DNA of 63,364 nt, counting the filler, from Olpidium bornovanus S191 (Eukaryota > Fungi > Olpidiomycota): the NCBI GenBank assembly GCA_017911155.1. It is 32 parts of 32 records of this genome, joined end to end, with 100 filler letters (N's around TTAATTAATTAA, not from the genome) between each part and the next. Parts side by side here need not be neighbours in the genome. Positions count along the whole stretch, not along the records: positions 10,490 to 11,840 come from JAEFCI010010086.1; positions 11,941 to 13,124 come from JAEFCI010012229.1; positions 13,225 to 16,570 come from JAEFCI010003657.1; positions 16,671 to 17,996 come from JAEFCI010010994.1; positions 18,097 to 19,560 come from JAEFCI010010925.1; positions 19,661 to 21,093 come from JAEFCI010003526.1; positions 21,194 to 22,515 come from JAEFCI010004261.1; positions 22,616 to 25,645 come from JAEFCI010010421.1; 24 more parts are not named here. The stretch is one strand, 5' to 3'. The number at the start of each line of letters is the position of its first letter. Position 1 is the first letter of the stretch. The notes below the pieces were generated by a model, which saw nothing but the letters and a program-made list of their open reading frames with translations, was not told the origin of the DNA and did not search any database. Positions 11,808 through 25,745 of this stretch are shown here, piece after piece. A program made the translations under genes and the position numbers.

Positions 11808-13224
11808 CTGGCGGGGGCATGGGGGGAGGTGGGGGGGGGGNNNNNNNNNNNNNNNNNNNNNNNNNNNNNNNNNNNNNNNNNNNNTTAATTAATTAANNNN
11901 NNNNNNNNNNNNNNNNNNNNNNNNNNNNNNNNNNNNNNNNACGAATGTTCCTCAACCGAAATTCGTATTCTCCGCAAACAAGATGGTAGAGGACAAACCA
12001 AATGATCAACCACGGAAGCGGCCGAGCGTACACGCGGTCGGCTGTCGAAGAGGGGCATCCGTCTGAGCGTTCACCGTCGCAACCACAGGCCTTTTCGCAG
12101 GTCCGGTCCACAGCCATAATTCAATTGAGCCGCCAGTCGCCGGCAGCCTCGGGCGTCTTGTCGGCTGGTGAGTCGACCAGGCGTTCCCGGCCAGGGCTCA
12201 CCGTTGGCTGTTAAGCTGATTCGCGCAGGACGGGCTCTTCGGTGAGGGTACGCCGCCTTGCACTTGCGTCGTGTCCGGGGAAAGTGCAACGAACGAACAG
12301 AGGCAAGGGCCGACATCAACGCCCGGTGTCTTTGGCTTGACGGAGAGCAGAGCGTTTCAAGCCGAAAAGAAAAAAGAAAAACATTCACCCCCACACCCCC
12401 ATTTTCTTTTGCGGAGCGGTAGCGAGGCCGGCAGTTCACGCAAGGGGAACGGTGAAGATAGTTCGAATTGATCAATAAGCCAAGTGTATTTGCGCATGAG
12501 TCATGAGAAAGCTACAGTAATTGGCGCCATGACGTTTTCCCCGGCATTTTCAAGGGATTGGGATCCCTCCCGGCCGAAAACGGCAAGGAAATGGTATTAT
12601 AACCTGATCGAGCACATGGAGCAACGGCGATCTCTCGGCGGGGCTGTCTTGATTGGTGGTTTGGGCTCCGCAGGACGTGCATTGAGACGCCGCCCGCATC
12701 TGTGCGCCCCATTGAGGCTGGCCTACGTACAGACGTATATATTTATATAAGGTATATACAAGATTAAAATGTAAAAATAGCGTTGAGCAAGGAGTCTAAC
12801 GGCAAGAAGTGCGTCAGGATTTTCGACGAGGGACACTTAAAGGAAGGACAATCAGTCGAAGCAACCGCGAATATGTCACAGAGAGTTCTCCGCCGACGCC
12901 GTGTCAGATCTTCTGCCGGCGACTGGTTCCGACATTTGACCGACGACAACGTTGTGAAGCGTAAAACGCAACGCGGCAGGGGAGAAGAGAAATCAAGACA
13001 GAATTTCAAACTTACCACGAGAAGGTTCTCAAACCACCGTCGCAACGCGGCACTGGCCTCAGCATTATCCGGCGACGCGCTTCGAGGACATGGCCGTTGC
13101 GCCGACAGATGATATGGACTCTGANNNNNNNNNNNNNNNNNNNNNNNNNNNNNNNNNNNNNNNNNNNNTTAATTAATTAANNNNNNNNNNNNNNNNNNNN
13201 NNNNNNNNNNNNNNNNNNNNNNNN

Positions 13225-15084
13225 CATGCGCATCTTGCCGCGCTGGCCGTCCGGCGGGGTCGCAAAATTCGCACTTGCGAAAAGGTGGAGCGGTGACGCC
13301 AAAGCATCAAAAAGTTTAACTCCGCCGAGGCCCGTCGCGACCGCAAAACAGGGCCCGTCTCTTACTTGTTAAAACCGCTTCCGTCTTGAGCGTTTGCGAT
13401 GACAGCGTCGCCATCCTTCCCTCCTCGCTCAAAATTGTTCTCTTGGAAATTGCCGGCCTTTTCGTCGAACCCGTACCGGTAAAACAGATCGTGAATCTGT
13501 CCGCGAAACGAGCGGCGGGAGCAAAATATCCGTCGGAACCGTCAGAACCGTTTGCGCAGGCTTTGCGGCGAAAAGAGAAACGCCGACCATCGCACGGGCC
13601 ACTCACAACATTATTCCAGTAGAACAAGTTCGTTATGGCCGCATCAATAGACTCTTTTGGTTGCTCGGTAAGATCCAGGGGGTTGTTAAAAATCAAGTCC
13701 TTGCGACCGTCCGGCCGATGGTTGTTCTCCCATCCGTACGAACCGCTGGAAACGTAGTTAGCAAAGGTGGAAGCGCGAACTCCCCCGCCCACCGCAAAGC
13801 ACGCGGGGTCGACCAGCTCACGCACTCAAGGTTCTCGTGGGCGTACACGTTGTTCCCGACGGTCGTTGTAAAGTTTTTGTCGTCGCCTTGCGAATGCCAG
13901 CCTAAAGGGCTGGCGACGTCGTCCGCGGGGTCAAGGACATGGGCGCGGGGCCCGTCCCTGGGGTCGTTGTAGCCGAGGGGGAACACCGTGTAGCTAGCGT
14001 CCGCCGTCCAATCAACAAGGGAGATCACCTTGCCGGTAACGGCCGAGACGTGCGCGCTGTACCAGTTCTCCTGCATCTCGAGCTCGAACTCGTGTACTAG
14101 CTCAAGCTTCCCGTCCCCCGTCTGGATGTACGTCATACGGTTCGGGGCCTCTCCGTTGAGCGTGAAAGGCACGTTGGTGAGCACCCGGGACGGCTCGTCC
14201 GAGGTCCGGGACGCACGCAACGACATCTGAATATCGTCCGCGTTCCTTATCTCCACGTTAAGGTGCCTGGAGAGCATCAGCAACGCGTCCTTGGGACTCA
14301 GCAGCCCCTGCCCGCCGGCGTCGGAAGAAAGCGGAGGCGGCTCCGGCGCGGGCTATCCGAAAAGCGCGATGAAAGCGAACGGCATAATAATATGGATCCC
14401 GGAATCAGATCGTGGTGAGGACGGACGCACACCACGCGGCAGCGAGACACTCCACTTGGAAAACACCCGAACCACTCCGCGCGACCTCACCGCGAACAAC
14501 TTCTGAAATTGAGCGAAGCGGTGATCCAGCGGGCCGAAGGACCCGCCGTTCGGCGGCGGAAGCCCGCCATACCCGGCCGTGACGGCGGTGCCGACGGGGT
14601 CAGGCTTCCTCCCTCTGAAGAAAGAGTCGCCGTAGGAGAACACGCGGCCTTGGCGGTCAATGTTCAGATTCATATCTGCGTTTGCGACCGGCAGGCCGTT
14701 GACGATCTGCTTCAGGTAGACGTGCGTGACCTTGTTGTGATCGGATGTGTACGCGTTGCTGATCAGGTAGTCCTTCGGCAAGAACCCGTGAAGCCGGGCG
14801 AAACGCTCGACCGTTTCCTCCACGGCCAGGGACGGCGTCCTCGGATCGCGGACGAGAGATTCGGCGAAGGCGGTCTGATCGCGGAGATCAGCGAAGGGGC
14901 TTTCCCCGCCGAGGAACCTCGAGGAAGAGCGGTCCCTTGCCTCCACGGTGGGGCCGAAGGGCGGCGGCCCCGGCCGCTGCCGATAGCCCCCCTTGAACGG
15001 GTGGGCTTCGGCCGTGCTCCTCCCGGTCGACGGGGCGAGCGCACCAAGCAAAAAAACGGCGGAAACGAAGGGTCCGGACTTCAT
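13225..15084 (-). CDS. Fungalysin (peptidase M36) secreted metalloprotease, N-terminal part
   Basis: Signal-peptide-like start; FTP propeptide ([25 protein letters not shown]); [72 protein letters not shown] motif lies beyond the contig end. Confidence 0.95.
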
Positions 15085-15555
15085 CTCGAATAAGTCACGG
15101 GGAGAGAGGGAGGGGAAGGGGAGGAGGAGGAAGAGGGCGGCGGGGGAAAAGGGGAGAGAGGTGGCAATAAATACCGCGCCTGCGGTGGGTAAGGGATCTA
15201 CTCAGCCGCCCCGCTCCTGCGCGCGCGCGCGCGCGCCCCCGGTCAGGATCCCGGGGATCCGGGAACCGCTGCGCGGGCGGGAAACAACGACGCGAGAGCC
15301 GGGCGGGAGCAGGTCAGCCGCAGCGAAACGATTTGTGGGCGGGGTGAAAGGCGGGAGGGTGTGTGAGTGTGTTCACGCGACGGGCGCGACCGCGCAGGCG
15401 GACCGATTTTAATCCGGGCAACAGGGCGGTTCTCGCGCGAAAGCGGACGGTCGGAGGGGGCAGAAGCAAACCCGGGCGAGGTGCCGCGGCAGGTAGAGAG
15501 GGGAAGAGGGGGGGGGGAGACCAGGGCGGGCAGAAAAGAGAGGGACAAGGAGAGC

Positions 15556-15594
<39 letters not shown>

Positions 15595-15700
15595 CAGAAA
15601 ATACTAGAGGAAAAGAGAAGAGAAAAGAGAGAGAGAGAGAGAGAGCGCGCGAGAGAGAGAGAAAGAAAAAAGAGATAAAAAGAGAAAGAGAGAAGAGACA
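15556..15700. repeat. (GA)n-rich purine tract
   Basis: Long GA dinucleotide runs. Confidence 0.9.
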
Positions 15701-16097
15701 GGGCAGGCAGGTGAGCTCAGCGGATCACGTACTTCTTTCTTTTTCCCTGACGCGAGGAGGTCCTCCCGGGTCGGGCGGGGCGAGGGAGCGGGGAGGGGAG
15801 GGGAGTGGGGGGATTCGACGCGCTCGTTCTCGTTTGGCAGGCGGAAGAAGGGTAAGGGAAGGGCGGGTGGGGGCGAGAGGGAAAATAATTTTTCGGCCAG
15901 GCGAATTCCGTTCCCCCCCGCGCGATCACCACCTGCTAACATCCTCACGCAACGCCCGCTCGCCCGCACGCCCGCGTCTCTCTCTGTGCGCGCGCGCGCG
16001 CGGGCGCCCCGCCGGCACGGAGAGGGAAGACACGTGCGGTTTTCTCCGCCGGCCGGCCGACGCGGGCGATCCCGGGACGACATCCCGAGCGGGGAGC

Positions 16098-16106
16098 CTC
16101 TCTCTT

Positions 16107-16138
<32 letters not shown>

Positions 16139-16232
16139 TCTCTCATTCCCTCTCATTCTCACTCGTTCCGTTCTCCCTCTCACTCTCTTGCATTCTCTCT
16201 CGTTCTCTTTCATTTCCTCTCATTCTCCGTCA

Positions 16233-16289
<57 letters not shown>
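16098..16289. repeat. (CT)n-rich pyrimidine tract
   Basis: Long CT dinucleotide runs. Confidence 0.9.
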
Positions 16290-16292
<3 letters not shown>

Positions 16293-18241
16293 GCTAGCGG
16301 CTCCCGCCTCTTCCTCCCCTCCCGCGCGCCCGCCGCCGGTGCACCACCCGCCGTCCGCCGTCGCAGATACGGGCGGTAAAAAGCGCGTGATCAAAACGTG
16401 GCCATCTCCGTTTGCAAATAATATATTGCGGGTTGTGTGCAACTTCTGCCGGCGCGGAAGACCCTGTCGCCTGCCCCCCTCACCGGCCCCCCTCTTCGCC
16501 TTTCCCCTTTCCCCCGCTCGCGCCCCCCACCCCCGCCCCATAAGCGGCTGCGCGCCCGCCCGCCCGCCCGNNNNNNNNNNNNNNNNNNNNNNNNNNNNNN
16601 NNNNNNNNNNNNNNTTAATTAATTAANNNNNNNNNNNNNNNNNNNNNNNNNNNNNNNNNNNNNNNNNNNNCATGATCGGGGAGCGGTGACCCTGCCGCCC
16701 TGTTGGCCTGCCGCCACTGCCTGGTTAGGGAAGTGGGCGTGCCGGCCCTGATTTTTCATTTTTTTTCCTTCTTATCCGTCTTTTTTTCCCCCTCTTGCCT
16801 CGAGACGGCGATTAGCATCTCGCATCGAGTTTTCCTCACCGCATTGCAAGATGTACGCATTTCATTTTTTTTTTCCCCATCGCGTTCCATGTACAACAGA
16901 TTTCATCTTCGAGGTCCCATATATGGGGTCCTGTGAGCCGGGAGTTTCTATACTAGTCCTCGCTCACTTCTGAATCGGGAGCGCTGTATTGTGCTCCGCT
17001 GATTCGGCCCTTTCGCACCGCAAACCGTCTGTTTTGCCCCTTCCACTCGGGTATCATGGCTTTTTTTTTCTCCCTCTTTTTTTTCCCGTCCATTCGCATT
17101 CCGATGGGTTGCCCCAGTAGATATTTCGCCGCTTTATCCTTTTGTGTTTGTGCAGCGAAACCCATAGCAAACGAATCATGTAATTCAAGACATTCCTCTT
17201 CTCGCACGCTGCCGCCGAGTGTGTGCGTGCCCCGGGTAGGAAAGGCGCCGCGTTCGGTTTGGACTGGGGTGAAGTTGGGGGGGTTGCGAGCGTGCGCGCG
17301 TGCGTGTACGCGGCGGGACGTGGAGCGCCGCGCAGCCTCTCCCACTGACCCCGGCAGAACCCGCTGGCGCGTCCGCAACACGTACGCCTCGCTCCGAAGG
17401 GGGGCCAACGCCGGGACGGAAAGCCCCGCCGCGTCTCTCTCCCGCTTACCGAGACGACTTTGCTTGGCATTTCCGCCGCAACCTCCATTTTCCCCCGGAA
17501 AGGCCTCATTATCCGCCGCCTTCAGAGCAACGCCGAAAAAGTCCGGAGCCGCCCGCATGCCTAACCAGACAATTCCCGCCCCTGAGCGAGCGAGCCCCCC
17601 TCCCCCCCCCCTTTTTGTTGGAATAAAGGGGTAAAAATAAAGGGGGACGCTGAGCAGCGGGCACACTACGCACACCAGCCCCTGTGCGCACTTGTAGAAT
17701 CGCCAGATCCCCGACATATAAAGTAGGCCTCGCTGAACTAGAAAGTCGACATAAATATACAGTTTTCTTCCTTCTACCGGTCTTACGGGTTCACCGCTTC
17801 TTTGCCTGCAGGTTCCCGAATACCCTCCCGGCTCTACTTTTATAATAGGTTATAAGCCCAAACCGTAACCTCCTCTCTGTCCGTAGAACCATGAAGATAG
17901 AAGAGAACTTACCGCGTCCGCAGCAACCATGGTTTCGCCAGACAACCATGCCAGGCGAACTTGGCAAAACCCCAGACAATGGAGAAAGAGAAGAAANNNN
18001 NNNNNNNNNNNNNNNNNNNNNNNNNNNNNNNNNNNNNNNNTTAATTAATTAANNNNNNNNNNNNNNNNNNNNNNNNNNNNNNNNNNNNNNNNNNNNCATG
18101 GCACCGCGTACTAGGCGTGCCCCGGGAGACTCCCCCTGTCTTCTAATTAAGTCAATTTCAGAGCACGCCGTCTCGCCAGGACGGTTGTTTCAGTGCAGTT
18201 GGAGCGGCACGCCTGCGTGGCGAATAACCACAGCACCGTCT

Positions 18242-18996
18242 TCAGAACCGGCCTCGTCCGCGCCCCCTCGCGCCCCTGCCGCGTCCGCCCCGGGCGCCTC
18301 CCCGGCCGCCCCTGCCGGGCTTGTCGGTATCTCTCTTTTTCGCCTTGGGCTTCGGCGTGTCATCGACGAGCAAAGTGTCGAGGGCCAGCGAGTCAGGGAG
18401 GATGAAGTACCGGATGTTGCTGCCTCGGATCGACAGAGCGTCAAGCGTCACGGGGTCCTTGTTCTTAACAGTCATTTTCACGGTCTTGAGGTGGGGGTTC
18501 ATCGTCATGTCCACGCCTGTTATTGTCCCTGACACGATTGTCCCGTTTTTCAGCTCAATCGTCACCGTGTCATTGGTCAGTTTCATGAGAAACCTGCGGG
18601 GCGGCAAGCGCGGGTGCGAGAGGAGAGCCGGTTGCAGAAAACAGACACGATCAGCTTTGCGGAAGGGCGCGGATTAACCCATCCGGCCCTGCCAGCTCTG
18701 GTTCTTCGTTCGGCGCCTCCGCAAGTCACTTTGGCCACCTTGACTGGCATCGGTACGACTTGCGGCCGAACGAAGAAAGTTACAAGCGCGAGCGGGCAAC
18801 GCCTGACGGGTGCAGCCCCCGGGCAAGCGGCACGCGGCGCGGCGGCCTAACGGCGGAACAGAGCGTCGTTCGGCGGCGGGAGTGGGAGAGGGGTGTTTCG
18901 TTTGCGTGGTCTGACGGCGCGTCCCGAGATTTTCACCGTCGGCTCGAAAAGCGCGCGTTAAGGCCGAAAACTCTGTACGAACCTCACCAACTTCAT
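18242..18996 (-). CDS. SMD1: Small nuclear ribonucleoprotein Sm D1, complete; exons 18996-18983 and 18593-18242
   Basis: MKLVR|[42 protein letters not shown]-rich tail; 389-nt GT-AG intron; 121 aa. Confidence 0.97.
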
Positions 18997-19378
18997 TTTT
19001 GCGCTTCGGGCGACCCCTCCTTCGCGAACTGGGAAGTGAAAGTTTTGCGGACCGCTTGCGGAAGAGGGGTGTCAGCAGGGCTTGAGTGCGGGCCTTCGGG
19101 CGGCACAAAGAAAAGAGCGCAGACGGAAAGCGTCGGCCGCGTCAGCTAATAAAATTTTTTTCTTTCTATTGTTTCCGACAAAGGCGAACCAGCATATCGG
19201 GTACCTGGGCGCGCGGCCGTTCGTTTGTTTGAGCCGAGGAGGCTCGTCCCGCTTCTCTGTCTTTTGGGCGAGCGCACACGAGACCGCGAACGGCGCACGC
19301 GGGCGGTATTGCGGCGAGGGGAGCGCGAGGCAGGGAGGGGGAGGGGGGGGGGGGGCCGGGTTCGCTGCAGAAAGGAAG

Positions 19379-19417
<39 letters not shown>

Positions 19418-19471
19418 CCCCCGGGGGGGGGGGGGGCCCCCCCCCGAAAAAAAAAAAAACCCCCCCCCCCC

Positions 19472-19508
<37 letters not shown>

Positions 19509-19660
19509 TACAAAAGGTTTTCAGGGGCTCGATGTTCCGGCTCGTTTTCTTTTTTCTTAANNNNNNNNNNNNNNNNNNNNNNNNNNNNNNNNNNNNNNNN
19601 NNNNTTAATTAATTAANNNNNNNNNNNNNNNNNNNNNNNNNNNNNNNNNNNNNNNNNNNN

Positions 19661-20802
<1,142 letters not shown>

Positions 20803-21226
20803 ATAAAAAAAACATCCCTCTCGAGCACCCCGGCCCAGTGTACGGGGCAGCTCGAATTTCTGTCAGCCTGTTTTTCATTTACATCTCTCGATTCCGCTAC
20901 CGAGTCCCGAGTCCTCTTCACGTACTTGGGTGCACGTCAGGCGAAACCAAACTCCCGTCAATGCCGGCAAGCGGTCAAACGGTGGTCAAATCAATAAAAA
21001 TTATGAACACGCGCAAAGAAAGGTGCCGAGTTCTCGACGGATTGCTGGCCGTCGCGCCGTAAGCCTTTGCGGCCAAGTGGCCTGCGGCGCATGNNNNNNN
21101 NNNNNNNNNNNNNNNNNNNNNNNNNNNNNNNNNNNNNTTAATTAATTAANNNNNNNNNNNNNNNNNNNNNNNNNNNNNNNNNNNNNNNNNNNNCATGCGA
21201 AATCGGTCGTCCGCTGCGCTTTGCAG

Positions 21227-21587
21227 AGATTTTCAAGCCTCGCGCCAGTATTACGATCGCGTCCTTCAGACACACCCCCGAGACGCTTCTGCGCTTCTCG
21301 GCCTGGCCATCATTCACCACGCCTGCGGCGAGTTGGACCAAAGCATATTGAGATATCACCAGGTACGCTCCCGTTTCGGGCCCCTTTTTGAGCGTTCCGG
21401 TTTTGTTCGTCATTTTCTCAGCTAGCATCTTTCTGACCGACGGAGTCATTTTCGACGTTTGGTTGACAAGACTCTTGCGGAGAACCCGTCAGACGCCGTC
21501 GCGGAAGACCTTCTGACGCATGCTGTCAACAGCATTACGGCACTCCCTGCTCCCGTGCCCCGAGAAATTGAGATGGTCGGAATGTGA
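21227..21587 (+). CDS. CDC16: TPR protein C-terminus, probable APC/C subunit Cdc16/Cut9/APC6
   Basis: QYYDRVLQTHPRDASALLGLAIIHHACGELDQSILRYHQ | TLAENPSDAVAEDLLTHAV; intron 21363-21470. Confidence 0.6.
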
Positions 21588-22296
21588 CGAAAGTTTGCCT
21601 TTCCCCCCATTTTGGACATTCTCTCCTTTCCTGCCGGGCGGCAGGTAACTTTCCTCGTTCGACCAAAACGGCACTGGTGCTTGGAAAGCGTTCCCGGCTG
21701 TAAACGTCAGTGAACGCACGCAGTGAACGCACGCAAACGTTGCGAGCCGGCGTCAAGACTCTCTCTCTCTTATTTTCGTGACTTCTCACCCACGGGTTTG
21801 TGCACAGCTTTGGAATTAAGCAACGGACACGAACAAGACGCTTGCTGCGTCGGCGTGAGGCCGAGGGCGCGCCGGGGAACGCCGTTTTTTTTTTTTTTTT
21901 TCCCTGGCGTTTTTTTCTCTTTCGCCGGAAAGCAGAGCGAAAATATAATGAAATTCCCCAAGGACGTCAATCAGATGATATTGCAGACATGTCGTGCTAT
22001 CGCGGTCGAATTTCCTTGTTTTTGTGGTTAACGGCCGATGCGCGCGTCATGCTTAGAAGCCCCAAGCGCAACGCCGCCGGCTACCGGGCCCTCACCACCC
22101 TCACCGGCTCTGACGGACGGCGGGCGCGCTTCCGGGTAACCAGAGTGGAGCGGACGTGGCGGGTGAACCCCCCCCCCGCGGCTTTCCCCGGGCCCCGGGG
22201 AAGAAAGAAATCAAAAATCAAAATAAAAACAAGAAAAGTCGGACGTCGACCGCGCCGCCGCCTCTTGGCCAGCCAGCCAGCCGGTTCGCCTGCCCG

Positions 22297-22382
22297 CCTG
22301 TTCCTGTTCCTGGCCTGTTCCTGTTCCTGGCCTGTTCCTGTTCCTGGCCTGTTCCTGTTCCTGGCCTGTTTTCCTGGCCTGG
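22297..22382. repeat. 17-bp minisatellite CCTGTTCCTGTTCCTGG x4 plus partial
   Basis: Four perfect copies from 22297 to 22364. Confidence 0.95.
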
Positions 22383-22420
22383 CGCGCGGCGGGGGGAGGA
22401 TACACGCCCGCCCCCCCCTT

Positions 22421-22505
<85 letters not shown>

Positions 22506-23024
22506 CGCCGCCCGCNNNNNNNNNNNNNNNNNNNNNNNNNNNNNNNNNNNNNNNNNNNNTTAATTAATTAANNNNNNNNNNNNNNNNNNNNNNNNNNNNN
22601 NNNNNNNNNNNNNNNCTTCCCCTGCCGATTTTTACCCCCTGAACTCCTGTACTGCGGCTAGGTTTGAACATTTTTATATTTTCCACGTCAGGTCTGCGCG
22701 GGACACTACAGGTAAGGTGACGAGGGCTAACGAGTACGGTAAGGATCTGCCGAGTCTGTGCAGTCGGTAATCGGTGAGAGACAGAGCTACGGAACGAGAA
22801 GGGTGCTATTTATGCCCGTCGACCGAGCGGAGGGCAGGGCGACGACAGAGCCCGTTCCTTCGCCCCCCCGGTCGCGATTCCTCTCCCGCGCGGTCGTGGT
22901 TCCCACGCGGGGCTCTGCGTTCGCGCGGTTGTGTGCAGGGGCAGTCTCTTGCCAAGTGGGGGGATGTGGTTGACGGTGGGGTACCGCGTGTGGCGTAGCT
23001 ATGGGAGGGGGGGCTATTCCATTG

Positions 23025-23047
23025 ATTGGGCCACGGGTCACGTGACC
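23025..23047. promoter_or_regulatory. CCAAT box (ATTGG) next to a perfect GGTCACGTGACC E-box palindrome
   Basis: ATTGG at 23025-23029 and a 12-bp palindrome at 23036-23047 in a GC-rich noncoding stretch; target gene not identified. Confidence 0.45.
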
Positions 23048-24288
23048 GTCCCGTCCCCGCCTCCGAGCCCTCCCCGCCGCCCCGCCATCCTTGGCGTCCT
23101 GTTTGGCCTTGGGCGGCGGTCGGGGCTGTGAACCGTGCCACAGCACAACTCTTCTCTATAAAACCGGGTAGAATTGCGGAATAAACGAGCCCCGGCGGAG
23201 CTCCTTCCCCCGAAAAAGGTACGGGAATTCTTCCCCGCTCTTCCGGTCCAACCTAAACCGACTGCCGGGTGTCTGAAGAGAGCGCGTGAGGCTGCGGCCG
23301 TCCGTCCTTGTACGCCCCTTTTCGGGCATTTCGCGGCGGGGAGGAAAAAACGACGCGGTAGCGGAATACGGAGAGAGAAAAGGCCCGCGTCCCGGCCTTG
23401 CCATGCGGGGTTAAATAGTATGCGTTGGTAGCTCGACGCCCACGCGGGTTGCGCCGCCCGGGCGTAATTTTCAAATGCCCACGTTCCAAGGGTAAATCTC
23501 CGGCACGCCCGCTGCCCGTGAGGGAGAGTGCTGTCCCGGTTAGCGAAGTGCGCGAGATAAATGTCACAACCTCGCTCGTCTTCTTGTAACACAAAACAGT
23601 TCTGGCCCAACCCCCCGGCAAGGCTGAAAACGTGGAGACGGCTGGAAGTGCAGCAGCTTGCCTATGCCTCTCCAACTGCTCTAGCCAGTGGATCCATTCT
23701 CAGCGCAGAGCTGCAAATCCGCAATATTCCTTCCAAATGCCATGGGGGTAACGAATACAGAAACGCGCACTCATCGCACCGAGGGCGGCTTCGGCGTATT
23801 CACGGCGAGAAAAACTTTCGCGAATTCCAGCACAAGAAAGTCCACAACCCCGGTAAATTCAACGCCATAGCAGACTCAGCTGCCTTTGACCGCATGAGTT
23901 GAAGCTGGCCCCGTTCTGGTTCGTGCCAGCACCAAAATGAGCAAGCCGAACACACAAACTGCAGTACGCGCGTTCTGTGAGAGGATTACGAAGACGCGGC
24001 AATCATCAGTTCGTACTTAAGAAGAACACGCCTGCCGTATTATTACATACAAAAAGGTTTGATTGTGTTCGTCATTGAACTTATCCGACCTTGAGAGAAT
24101 AAGAGACGCGTGTAGCGGCAAACACTTGATCGCCATTTTCTTCACAATTTTGGTCAGAAACCAAAGCTGTCTCTTTCTCTAGAAAAGAATTGCATATTCT
24201 ACTTGCCTAACAATCAAAACAAATGCAGAACCGTATGCCACACGCCTTTTGCATATATACACTCGCGGGGGAAGGTGACTTCCAAAGG

Positions 24289-24905
24289 TTAGATCAGCAG
24301 TCGTTCGATTTGCTTCTTGATGTCCTGGATCTGCGGCTTCAGGTCGGACGCCTCGTTCGTTGTCACGGACGCGGCTATAACAGGCCTCGACACGCCACAT
24401 GCACGACCGAGAGCAGATTTGGATGGAATGAAGACGTATGCGACATTTTTGTCCTCGCAGAGAAGCGGCAAGTGCAAAAGGATCTCCAGCGGCTCCGTGT
24501 CTGCAGCCATTACAATGAACTCCGAGATGCCGCGGTTAAGGGTCTTGGTGGCTACATTACGCCAACGGAAGCAGCGGGCGTTAGAAGAGGTTGTCCGAAG
24601 CCGGAAGCAAAAGGATGCGAGTGACGCGACGCAGCGGGCGCCAGGCGGGGAAAACCCGGAAAAATCAACATCTGCACGCTTGGGCCAAGACACCTTCATT
24701 CGCTCCCTTCTTCAGCTGCTTGTAGTGGGTAGCTTGTTGAACAAGGTCAAGAATGGTGTTGGTTAACGCCGCAGGGGCGAGCGGGAACGCCTTGGGATTA
24801 TTCGACTGCGCGAAGCGACATAGGCAGGGAAGGGGAGAGCGGCGAAAAACACGGAAGGTCAGTTCGGGGGAAGCTCACTTGTCCAGCGGCGAGAGGTCGG
24901 GTCAT
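24289..24905 (-). CDS. SNU13: Snu13/15.5K (L7Ae family) U4/U3/box C/D snoRNP protein, complete; exons 24905-24879, 24805-24694, 24551-24289
   Basis: [75 protein letters not shown]; 133 aa. Confidence 0.97.
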
Positions 24906-25745
24906 TTCTGGCGTGTGCGCTTCTCTGCCGAGCGGACAACCGGGCTCGCGGAAAGCAGCTGAGCGTCGGGCGCCATCGGCACTCCGGATTTACCGGGGCC
25001 GACCAAACAACGCCGGACTGCGCGCCTGCGTGAAAAGCGGGCACACGTCGCCCGCCGGTCTCACTCGCGTCGTTTCCCACATCCACTCGGCCAGGCGCCC
25101 GGCTGCCTGTGTGTCTCGCATAGCAGTCCTCGGGAAGAGGGAAGGGGGGAGAGAGGGGGGGGGAAGACAGCGGGGTCGTCTTCTCCACCCCGGCGGCGGC
25201 ACACGCGCTCCTGTGCGTCCGCCGTTGCGTCGGTTTAGGGCGGCACTCCTTACCATGGCGAGGGGGAAAAGGCGGCGTCGACACGGGCAGCCCTCGTCGC
25301 CGTCGTCGTTTTGCGCGGGGTGGTTTTTCCTCTTTTCTTCTCGGGGAAAGGAAAATACTGGTGTGTGTTTCAGGGGAGAAGGCGGGCGGGCGGGCGGTGA
25401 CGATGACAGAGGGGAAAAGGGGAAGCCGGCGACGGGGGGCGGGGGGGGGGGGGGGGGGGGGAATATGGGCGGCGCGGGAAATTTTCCTCGAAAACTTTTC
25501 TTTTCTAAAAGTCCCCGGACGGGGTTTGAAAACGCACTTATTCCAGGAGATTTCCCAAAGCCTTCGTTTCTCAGCTTATCGACCGTCAAAAAAAAAAAAA
25601 AAAAACGGTGAGAAAAAAAAAAAAAAAAAAAAAACAAAAACAGAANNNNNNNNNNNNNNNNNNNNNNNNNNNNNNNNNNNNNNNNNNNNTTAATTAATTA
25701 ANNNNNNNNNNNNNNNNNNNNNNNNNNNNNNNNNNNNNNNNNNNN

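Noticed and set aside
12420-12605. DVFPGIFKGLGSLP as a Ty3/gypsy pre-RT segment
   Set aside because: A single short motif amid stops, with no RT or protease motifs nearby.
15363-16379. 338-aa RE/SL-repeat ORF
   Set aside because: It is simply the translation of the (GA)n and (CT)n microsatellites.
18490-18506. SmD1 MNPHL (consensus MNTHL) and homocitrate synthase RQGYE at about 19927 (consensus RQVYE) as unusual substitutions
   Set aside because: Both are T-to-G changes inside G runs on one strand, a known sequencing error pattern; needs read checking first.
22420-22504. Very long poly-C/poly-G tracts (also 6975-7011, 35911-36022, 40279-40365) as G-quadruplex or poly-Pro/Gly coding elements
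   Set aside because: Mostly at contig ends with degraded C/A-run flanks, typical of short-read homopolymer errors; true lengths are unknowable here.
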